Shown here one piece after another: positions 1 through 6,924 of a stretch of 42,826 bases of DNA. A program made the translations under genes and the position numbers. Under the pieces are notes generated by a model. The model did not search any database and was not told the origin of the DNA. It saw nothing but the letters and a program-made list of their open reading frames with translations. The DNA is from Pseudomonadota bacterium (GTDB lineage Bacteria > Desulfobacterota > Desulfobulbia > Desulfobulbales > DAOVYS01). The stretch's first letter is position 1; each line of letters opens with the position of its first letter. The stretch lies in the NCBI GenBank assembly GCA_030635485.1, contig DAOVYS010000001.1:1-42826 (forward strand), in the 5' to 3' direction.

Positions 1-2151
1 AAAGGTGGACTGTGCCCTTCTGAGATCATCCATGGCCCCGACGCGTGTGAAGATCCTGTCCACGATCCCGATCCTAGCCTTGGTTGCAGGCACAAAACTT
101 CCCATCTGCGCCATCAGGACGATGAGAGCAGTCTGGCGGAGCACGGTCGATTTGCCGGCCATGTTGGGCCCTGTGATAATGAGGACCTCATTACTCGTCT
201 GGTCCAGATGGATGTCATTTGGAACAAAACGGCCTTTGGGCATGGATAGTTCGATAACAGGGTGCCTTCCTTCCTGGATTATGATTTCGTTGTCATTGTC
301 TACATCGGGCCGGACATATCTGTGCCGCCTTGCAGCTTCACCAAGACTTGCCAGAAAATCGATCCTGGCAATATCTGATGCGGCTTTGAGTATTCTGGAG
401 CTCTCCTGGGCCACTTTGGCCCTGATTTCGCAGAATAGACGGTATTCGAGTTCCAGCCGTTTTTCTTCCGCCCCAACGACCTTGTCTTCAAACTCCTTTA
501 ATTCCGGCGTGATGAAACGTTCCGCATTGACCAGGGTCTGTTTCCTGATAAAGTAGTCCGGCACCTTGTCCATCTGGGTCCTGCTCACTTCAATGTAATA
601 GCCGAATACCTTATTGAACCCTATTTTCAGGTTTCTTATCCCGGATCGTTCACGCTCCCTGTTTTCAAGCCCCAGGATAAGGTCTTTGCCGTGTTTCAGG
701 ATTGAAACCAGTTCGTCAAGCTCACGGTTGTAGCCTTTTTTGATAAGTCTGCCGTCGCGGAGCGTGATCGGCGCGTCTTCCCTGATGCTTTTTTCAAGCA
801 GGTTACGGATATCATCGAGTTCATCGTGATCCGCGCCTATCTTTTTAAGCAAATTGTCGCTGCATGAGGCCAGCATGCTTTTCAAGAGCGGCAGCTGGAC
901 AAGCGATACCTTGAGCGCTGTGAGATCCCTGCCGTTCCCACTTCCAAGCACAACCCGGCTGTTCAGTCTTTCTATGTCATAGACCTTGGAAAGGAGGTTG
1001 CGGAGTCCTGCCCGGAGTGGTAACTCGCCATCAGCCGTGGTGACAATGACCTGGTCTGAGAATAATTGTTCCACCGCAGCCAGGCGTTTGTTTATACGGT
1101 CCACATCTCTTAAGGGAAACAGCAGTGATTTTTTGAGTAACCTCGCACCCATGGGCGTGCATGTATAATCCAGGGTCGAAAGGAGTGATCCCTCCCGGTT
1201 TGCTCCGACTATGGTCTGGGTGAGTTCAAGATTGCGGCGGGAGGAATCATCGAGAAGCAGGACGTCTGCAAGATCAAGGGGCGTAATACGTTTAATGTGG
1301 GCAAGATCACTCTTTTGTGTCTCGGTGATATAGGCGAGCAGGCCGCCGGCGGCAGGTATCCCTGATATCATCCGGTCGCATCCGAAACCCGCCAGGTTCG
1401 CGACCTTGAAATGGTCGAGCAGGGCTTCTTTCGCCGGAACCATTTCAAATGAGTAGGAAGGCCGTTTTGTGATGCAGAGGCCTGGAAACAGGGCGGAAAG
1501 ACTTAAAAGAATTTCTTTGTAGTCATCTTCGGTTCTCTCTTCGTTGATCAGGATCTCGGATGGAGTCATCCGGCACAGTTCATCCAGCAAAGAGTCAATA
1601 TCATCGCATTCCGCGATCAGAAATTCGCCTGTTGAGATGTCTATCAGGCTCAGTCCCCACGAAGGATGGGGCTGTGATCCGGTTCCACGGGCGGAACGGT
1701 TCCTGCCGTCATCCTGCCGGACGATTGAGGCAACATAGCGGTTTGATTTGTCGTCTAATATCTGTTCATCTGTGACCATGCCGGGGGTCACGACCCTGAC
1801 GACCTCTCTCTTTACAATTCCCTTGGCAATTGCGGGATCTTCCACCTGTTCGCAGACAGCGACCTTGAGACCCTTGTTGACCAGTTTGGCCAGATAGGAT
1901 GAGGCTGCATGATACGGCACCCCGCATAGCGGGATACTGTTTTTTCCGTCCTTTTTATTCCGTGATGTCAGGGTGATCCCCAGAACGCGGGATGCGGTCA
2001 CGGCATCGTCAAAGAACATTTCATAAAAATCACCCAGCCTGTAGAACAGAATGGCATCCTGGTGCTGTTCCTTAATCTCCAGATACTGGCGCATCATGGG
2101 GGTGATTTTGGCAGGCTTTGGGATTTTTTGTTTTTCGGATGATTTGTTCAT
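1..2151 (-). CDS. mutS: DNA mismatch repair protein MutS. The N-terminal ~717 aa are present and the 3' end runs off the window start.
   Basis: The reverse translation begins MNKSSEKQKIPKPAKITPMMRQYLEIKEQHQDAILFYRLGDFYEMFFDDA (ATG complement at 2149-2151). Near position 1 it contains the Walker A motif ITGPNMAGKST...LMAQMGSFVPA. It is absent from the ORF track only because it is open at the window edge. Confidence 0.95.
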   Translation of the reverse strand, partial: MNKSSEKQKIPKPAKITPMMRQYLEIKEQHQDAILFYRLGDFYEMFFDDAVTASRVLGITLTSRNKKDGKNSIPLCGVPYHAASSYLAKLVNKGLKVAVCEQVEDPAIAKGIVKREVVRVVTPGMVTDEQILDDKSNRYVASIVRQDDGRNRSARGTGSQPHPSWGLSLIDISTGEFLIAECDDIDSLLDELCRMTPSEILINEERTEDDYKEILLSLSALFPGLCITKRPSYSFEMVPAKEALLDHFKVANLAGFGCDRMISGIPAAGGLLAYITETQKSDLAHIKRITPLDLADVLLLDDSSRRNLELTQTIVGANREGSLLSTLDYTCTPMGARLLKKSLLFPLRDVDRINKRLAAVEQLFSDQVIVTTADGELPLRAGLRNLLSKVYDIERLNSRVVLGSGNGRDLTALKVSLVQLPLLKSMLASCSDNLLKKIGADHDELDDIRNLLEKSIREDAPITLRDGRLIKKGYNRELDELVSILKHGKDLILGLENRERERSGIRNLKIGFNKVFGYYIEVSRTQMDKVPDYFIRKQTLVNAERFITPELKEFEDKVVGAEEKRLELEYRLFCEIRAKVAQESSRILKAASDIARIDFLASLGEAARRHRYVRPDVDNDNEIIIQEGRHPVIELSMPKGRFVPNDIHLDQTSNEVLIITGPNMAGKSTVLRQTALIVLMAQMGSFVPATKARIGIVDRIFTRVGAMDDLRRAQSTF

Positions 2152-2159
2152 TGCTTTTC

Positions 2160-2226
2160 GGTTGCAGGTTGCAGGTTGCGGGTTTTGTTTTTTCTTAACT
2201 GCAACCTGTAACCCGCAACCTGCAAC
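2160..2226. repeat. Family C hairpin built from tandem GGTTGCA/GGTTGCG heptamers, copy C1.
   Basis: The sequence is GGTTGCAGGTTGCAGGTTGCGGGTT - loop - TGCAACCTGTAACCCGCAACCTGCAAC. It lies 9 nt upstream of the mutS start codon. Confidence 0.85.
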
Positions 2227-2269
2227 AGCCTATTTCTACCGAGGTTGTCCGTAGCTACTGTTAACTTCG

Positions 2270-2764
2270 TCAGGTCGCCACCTCGTGGATTGTGGCATGC
2301 AGTTCTTTCCCTGCCTCAATGATAGCGAATGTCCCTGCCGCGCCGTGTCTTCCAGTGCCTTGAAACGTTCCTGGATTCAGGAAAAGGACCGGCCCGCTCC
2401 AGTGGTTGACTGGGTTATGGGTATGGCCGTATACAATACAGTCCACGGAGTCGAATTCATTTAACAGTTGGTTTTCAATATCATAAAAATAACCGGAGCC
2501 ATGGATGAGTCCTATCGTGAACCGGCCCACATTTATGATTTTTTTCTTGGGCAGGACATTGATGACCGAAGAATGACACATATTGCCGCGTACGGCATGG
2601 ACCTCTTTGCCGGCAAAGGCGTTGAGAACGTTTAATTCTACCAGGTCCCCGGCGTGCAGGATTATCGAGACATCGGAGAAATATTCTGCCGCCTGTGCCC
2701 TGAAAATGTCGTCCGGCCTGTATAAGTGAGTGTCTGAAAGTACGCCTATTCTGATTGTTTCCAT
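2270..2764 (-). CDS. Metallophosphoesterase, YfcE/MJ0936 phosphodiesterase family.
   Basis: Motifs IGVLSDTHL, HAGD, RGNMC, GHTH and NPGS are present. I prefer the start at METIRIGV (2764). The track ORF extends to 2863 and adds 33 hydrophobic residues of doubtful reality. Confidence 0.8.
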   Translation of the reverse strand: METIRIGVLSDTHLYRPDDIFRAQAAEYFSDVSIILHAGDLVELNVLNAFAGKEVHAVRGNMCHSSVINVLPKKKIINVGRFTIGLIHGSGYFYDIENQLLNEFDSVDCIVYGHTHNPVNHWSGPVLFLNPGTFQGTGRHGAAGTFAIIEAGKELHATIHEVAT

Positions 2765-3148
2765 GTCCGTTTTGGCCCTATTTTTTGCGCGGATTGATAA
2801 ACGATTCCTATTTACAAATAAATATAGGAGTCCAATGATAAACAAATAGAGGACAAAACTCAATATGTATCCTTATCCGGGGATGGCCGGAAGCGTGACG
2901 TGTGAAGATTGAAGGGTGATATGAGGGGGGGAACCGCCCGATGAGGTTGAAATTTTATCGTGTCCATACGCTCCGTGCCTTTGCCCGACTTTTGTATTGA
3001 CATTCAGACTGGGCCATTGTTATAGATATTCGGGTACGTGTAAAAAACTTTAAAAATCCACGGAATGTAAATGTTTGGCAGTGCTTCCGTTGGGCGCGTG
3101 CAGATGGAGTGCTGCCGAATATTTACATTGTTATAGATATTTTTAGTT

Positions 3149-3288
3149 GTGTCCGGTTAAGAAATTGCAATGACCATTTAGACCGATTTAAGCCCCCGAA
3201 TTCGTCATTCCGGCTAAAAACTAGCCGGAATGACGAGCATGAGAGATTCGCAATCATCGTATAGTCTCATGCAAAATCCTAACCGGAC
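3149..3288 (+). repeat. Three-stem structured element in the thiC leader.
   Basis: P1 is GTCCGGTTA / TAACCGGAC. P2 is TCGTCATTCCGGCT / AGCCGGAATGACGA. P3 is GCATGAGA / TCTCATGC. Confidence 0.6.
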
Positions 3289-3384
3289 ATTACTGAGATA
3301 TTCTATCTGACAAATAAAGATTTCAATAAGACGGTTCTTCAGGATTTTACCTTAAGAATCGTTTCTGTTTTTTTTTGGAGAGGT

Positions 3385-4665
3385 ATGATGAGCATACGTG
3401 AAGATGCAATAAACGGGAATATGAACCCGGTTTTTGAAAATTGCGCAAAAAATGAAGGAGTCACTCCTCGGCAACTTATGGAGTCGGTTGCATCGGGTGT
3501 TGTGGCCATTCCCAAGAATATCCATCACGATTTTGAAAAGGTCATTGGTATTGGCAAGGGCCTGACCACAAAGGTCAATGCCAATATAGGATCATCAAAG
3601 GATCATCCCGGCATGAGGCAGGAGTTGGAGAAACTCTGTGTCTCGATCAAGGCCGGAGCCCATGCTGTCATGGATTTGAGTATGGGCGGAGATCTTGATG
3701 AAGTGCGGAGAGGTATCCTCAAGAATTGCCCTGTGCCTCTGGGAACCGTGCCCATATATCAGGCGATTGTCGAGACCGTGGAACAGCGGAACGGTGAAAT
3801 CGGCGATGCCTCGGTAGATCATATTTTTAAGACCATTGAAAAACAGGCCGTGGACGGAGTGGATTTTATGACCGTTCATTGCGGCATTACCAGGAATTCC
3901 CTTGAAAGACTTGAGGGGCACAAAAGGGTGATGGGAGTGGTCAGCCGGGGTGGGTCTTTCACGATTGAGTGGATGCGCAAAAACAACAAGGAGAATCCGC
4001 TTTTTGAGCACTTTGATGATCTGCTTGCCATTTTAAAGGAGCATGAGGTCAGCCTCAGCCTAGGGGACGGTCTGAGACCCGGCTGTCTTGCCGATGCGAC
4101 AGACCGTGGCCAGATCCAGGAGCTCATTCATTTGGGAGAACTTACCCAGCGGGCCTGGGACGCAGGCGTGCAGGTCTTTATCGAAGGCCCCGGCCATATG
4201 CCCATGGACCAGATTATGGCCAATATTCTGCTCCAGAAGCGCCTCTGTCACGGCGCCCCGTTTTATGTGCTCGGGCCGCTTGTAACTGATGTGGCTCCAG
4301 GGTATGATCACATAACCTGCGCGATCGGCGGAGCGATTGCCGCATCAGCGGGTGCTGATTTTTTGTGTTATGTGACGCCTGCCGAACATTTGAAGCTGCC
4401 GAGTTCCGATGATGTGCGTGAAGGTGTGATTGCCGCCAGGATTGCCGCTCATGCGGCGGACATTACAAAGGGGGTCCCCGGAGCCATGGAATGGGATAAT
4501 AAAATGGCGGAGCGGAGGAACGCCCTGGACTGGAAGGGCCAGATAGATCTGGCCATGGACTCTGACAGGGCCAAACAGTTCAGAGAGGAGGGGGGGGCCT
4601 ATAAAGGGTCAACCTGCAGTATGTGTGGTGAGTACTGCGCAATCAAGGTTTATAAAGGAGATTGA
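3385..4665 (+). CDS. thiC: Phosphomethylpyrimidine synthase ThiC (short anaerobe-type form, 426 aa).
   Basis: There is full-length ThiC-like sequence: GSSKDH, DLSMGGD, VPIYQA, MTVHCG, GPGHMP. The C-terminal CSMCGEYCA cluster motif is present, and a GGAGAGG SD lies just upstream. Confidence 0.95.
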   Translation: MMSIREDAINGNMNPVFENCAKNEGVTPRQLMESVASGVVAIPKNIHHDFEKVIGIGKGLTTKVNANIGSSKDHPGMRQELEKLCVSIKAGAHAVMDLSMGGDLDEVRRGILKNCPVPLGTVPIYQAIVETVEQRNGEIGDASVDHIFKTIEKQAVDGVDFMTVHCGITRNSLERLEGHKRVMGVVSRGGSFTIEWMRKNNKENPLFEHFDDLLAILKEHEVSLSLGDGLRPGCLADATDRGQIQELIHLGELTQRAWDAGVQVFIEGPGHMPMDQIMANILLQKRLCHGAPFYVLGPLVTDVAPGYDHITCAIGGAIAASAGADFLCYVTPAEHLKLPSSDDVREGVIAARIAAHAADITKGVPGAMEWDNKMAERRNALDWKGQIDLAMDSDRAKQFREEGGAYKGSTCSMCGEYCAIKVYKGD

Positions 4666-4691
4666 GCACCTGTTGGTGTGGGAGGTGACAA

Positions 4692-5030
4692 ATGGTAATG
4701 CCCGAGTTTCTTGTTACAATAGTTGAGTGGGTCAATTCCACCAATGTCCCGCAGCAGGTCAGCGATGTGGATGCCAAGGGGCTTCTCACCAACGCTTATT
4801 TTATGGTGCCCTTTATCGGTGTGGTAGGTCACATGCTATACAAGCAGGCCTGGAATAACCTGGTTGTGGTGGGGCTTGGCCTTGGACTCTGGATTTTTTC
4901 CGGCTCCCATTACATGCAGGGCGCCATGGTAGACGGCGAGATACAGTTGGAAAAGCTGTTGCCCGTACTGCTGGTCTGGGTCGGGGCTATCGCCATATTT
5001 ATCTATTTCCTGTTCATCCGTTCCGATTGA
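4692..5030 (+). CDS. Small hypothetical membrane protein (112 aa, about 3 predicted TM segments), probably co-transcribed with thiC.
   Basis: GGGAGGTGAcaaATG provides an SD 26 nt after the thiC stop. Hydrophobic segments are FMVPFIGVVGHML, LVVVGLGLGLWIF and LLPVLLVWVGAIAIFIYFLFI. I recognise no family. Confidence 0.6.
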   Translation: MVMPEFLVTIVEWVNSTNVPQQVSDVDAKGLLTNAYFMVPFIGVVGHMLYKQAWNNLVVVGLGLGLWIFSGSHYMQGAMVDGEIQLEKLLPVLLVWVGAIAIFIYFLFIRSD

Positions 5031-5033
5031 GGG

Positions 5034-5139
5034 GCTTGATTTTCAGGGATCTGGGGTCAGGGGCCAGGGTAACGGATTGATTTTTTTTGCTGTTTTTGCT
5101 GATCCCTGACCCTCGGCCCCCGATCCCTGAAAATCAAGC
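5034..5139 (+). repeat. Family A palindromic repeat, copy A1 (GGTCAGGG/GATCCCTGA arms around a conserved T-rich loop).
   Basis: The outer arms are GCTTGATTTTCAGGGATC / GATCCCTGAAAATCAAGC. The core GGTAACGGATTGATTTTTTTTGCTGTTTTTGCTGATCCCTGACC is shared with A2-A5. Confidence 0.85.
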
Positions 5140-5158
5140 TATTTAGTGATGGCCACAA

Positions 5159-5794
5159 GTGAGTAACAGGTTGCTTGACATCTATTATATCCTGTTCGAC
5201 CGTTTCGGGCCGCAGCACTGGTGGCCCGGTGACTCTCCCTTTGAGGTCATGGTGGGCGCCCTTCTCACCCAGAATACCAACTGGTCTAATGTCAGCCGGG
5301 CCATTTTCAACCTGAAAAAAGAAAATCTCCTCTCATTTGATGCACTGGAAGCCCTTCCTGTTGAAGTCCTGGCGGAACTGATCCGCCCCTCCGGCTATTA
5401 CAATATGAAGGCGGCAAGGTTGAAAAACCTGCTCGCTCTTATTCGAGAAAACGGAGGTACCCTTGAAAGCCTCTTTAATAAAGATACCGCGGAACTGAGG
5501 GAACGGTTTTTGGCGGTAAACGGGATAGGGCCTGAAACCGCTGACTCCATTCTGCTGTATGCCGCCGAAAAACCTGTCTTTGTAGTGGATGCGTACACCC
5601 ACCGGATACTCGTGAGGCACGGCCTTATTTCAGAAGAGGCTACTTATTACGAAATCCAGGACCTCTTCACAGACACCCTGCCGAAAGACGTTTCTATTTA
5701 TAACGAATATCACGCCTTACTTGTCAGACTTGGCAAGGAATTCTGTAAAAAGAGCAAGCCGCGGTGCGAGGGGTGTCCGCTTGAAGGGTATTAA
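5159..5794 (+). CDS. Endonuclease III-like HhH-GPD DNA glycosylase family protein (COG2231-like).
   Basis: Motifs include LLTQNTNWSNV, an HhH segment LAVNGIGPETADSILLY, VVDAYTHRIL, and a C-terminal CKKSKPRCEGCPL Fe-S loop. The start is GTG. Confidence 0.8.
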   Translation: MSNRLLDIYYILFDRFGPQHWWPGDSPFEVMVGALLTQNTNWSNVSRAIFNLKKENLLSFDALEALPVEVLAELIRPSGYYNMKAARLKNLLALIRENGGTLESLFNKDTAELRERFLAVNGIGPETADSILLYAAEKPVFVVDAYTHRILVRHGLISEEATYYEIQDLFTDTLPKDVSIYNEYHALLVRLGKEFCKKSKPRCEGCPLEGY

Positions 5795-5814
5795 GGGACC
5801 GCTCAGAAATAACT

Positions 5815-6588
5815 TCACATTTTCTCCCGCTCCTTGCTGTCATACCTCAAAAACTGCCTGCAAAACCCTCTTATGATTTTCACTTCTCTTGCCCTGAGTC
5901 TGATCCTTCCCAGAAAGTTGCGGATGTTCCTGATCCAGTAATCGCCGTCTTCAGGCCTTAAAAAATCGATTACACGAAGCACCTGTTCCACATGTTCATA
6001 CATGCCTTCAAGTTCAAAGGAATCGGCGAGTTTGGGAGAATAGCCCTTTTTTTCTCTGTTTTCGGCATGGAGCAGGCCATAGCGCAGTTCGTAGCAGTGA
6101 ACGGCAACCGCCTGGGCAAGATTTAACGAGGAGAAGTCGGCTGTGGGGATCGTGGTGATCAGGTTGCAGTATTTCAGGTCTTCGTTTGTCAGGCCGCAGT
6201 CTTCGGGTCCGAACAGAAGGGCGACCCTGTTGTTTTTTAAAAAAGGAAGCAGTTTGTCCGCCATTTCCCTGGGTGTGGTCATGGCCCTGCGTTGCCTTCC
6301 AAGCCTTGCCGTGGTGCCGACCACAAACGAGAACGGGGCCAGTGCGTCGGCCACATTTTCGTAACGTTTCATGGAATCAATCAGATGGGCTGCATTATGG
6401 GTGGCCATTTTGAGCATGTTTTCACGTTCAGGCTCGTCATCCCGTACGATTACCAGGTTTGAAAGCCCCATATTCATGGCGCATCTGGCAGCAGCCCCGA
6501 TGTTCTCGGCACTCTTTGGATGTTTCAGCACAATGGCGGTATTTGCCAGGAGTTGTTCTATTGGAGTATTGTCTGGTCGTTGTTTCAT
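5815..6588 (-). CDS. trmJ: SpoU/TrmH-family RNA 2'-O-methyltransferase, TrmJ-like.
   Basis: The N-terminus IVLKHPKSAENIGAAARCAMNMGLSNLVIV is TrmJ-like. The sequence LLFGPEDCGLTNEDL...SLNLAQAVAV matches the SpoU knot motifs. Confidence 0.75.
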   Translation of the reverse strand: MKQRPDNTPIEQLLANTAIVLKHPKSAENIGAAARCAMNMGLSNLVIVRDDEPERENMLKMATHNAAHLIDSMKRYENVADALAPFSFVVGTTARLGRQRRAMTTPREMADKLLPFLKNNRVALLFGPEDCGLTNEDLKYCNLITTIPTADFSSLNLAQAVAVHCYELRYGLLHAENREKKGYSPKLADSFELEGMYEHVEQVLRVIDFLRPEDGDYWIRNIRNFLGRIRLRAREVKIIRGFCRQFLRYDSKEREKM

Positions 6589-6595
6589 GGGGTGT

Positions 6596-6624
6596 GGGTT
6601 ACGGGTTGCAGGTTGCGGGGGGGG
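6596..6624. repeat. Family C heptamer repeat, half-copy C2.
   Basis: GGGTTACGGGTTGCAGGTTGCGGGGGGGG lies immediately upstream (8 nt) of the trmJ-like start codon. Confidence 0.75.
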
Positions 6625-6690
6625 TGCAATACAAAAAAGTTACATAAATTATATCAAGTATTCGTTGGACCCGTATAATCAGCTTAATAT

Positions 6691-6824
6691 CGAATGTCGA
6701 ACAGGGAATGTCGAATTACGAAGAAGGTACTTACTTAATAAATTTATTTTGTACGTGGTGTAACCCAAAATAATCTAAAAGAAACATCCACACTTCGATA
6801 TTCAATATTCCCTGTTCGACATTC
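6691..6824. repeat. A 32-33 bp imperfect inverted repeat pair with a 69-bp AT-rich spacer.
   Basis: The left arm is CGAATGTCGAACAGGGAATGTCGAATTACGAAG (6691-6723). The right arm is CTTCGATATTCAATATTCCCTGTTCGACATTC (6793-6824). Confidence 0.8.
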
Positions 6825-6880
6825 ATCATTTAATTGGCGCTTATTGGCACCGAAATGGTCACGTTTTGTTCCATGTAACT

Positions 6881-6920
6881 CCCCGGTTGCGGGTTGCAGG
6901 TTAACCCCGTAACCAGCAAC
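6881..6920. repeat. Family C heptamer hairpin, copy C3.
   Basis: CCCCGGTTGCGGGTTGCAGGTTAACCCCGTAACCAGCAAC lies 5 nt downstream of the rnr stop. Confidence 0.78.
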
Positions 6921-6924
6921 AGTC

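Noticed and set aside
5-2254. Several plus-strand ORFs in the track (5..556, 986..1168, 1544..1738, 1560..1775, 2051..2254).
   Set aside because: They lie antisense to an uninterrupted MutS reading frame with clear MutS motifs, have low-complexity Ser/Arg-rich composition, and show no recognisable domains.
3293-3298. CTGAGA in the thiC leader as evidence for a TPP riboswitch.
   Set aside because: The hexamer alone is not diagnostic. I could not find the P1/P2 GGGGTGC, the pyrimidine-sensor helix context, or the ACCTGATCTGG...GCCAGCG pyrophosphate-sensor helix. It is reported as an open question, not as a feature.
6845-6860. TGGCAC-N5-TGGTC as a sigma54 promoter.
   Set aside because: The -12 element is not TTGC, and there is no plus-strand gene downstream because rnr is on the minus strand.
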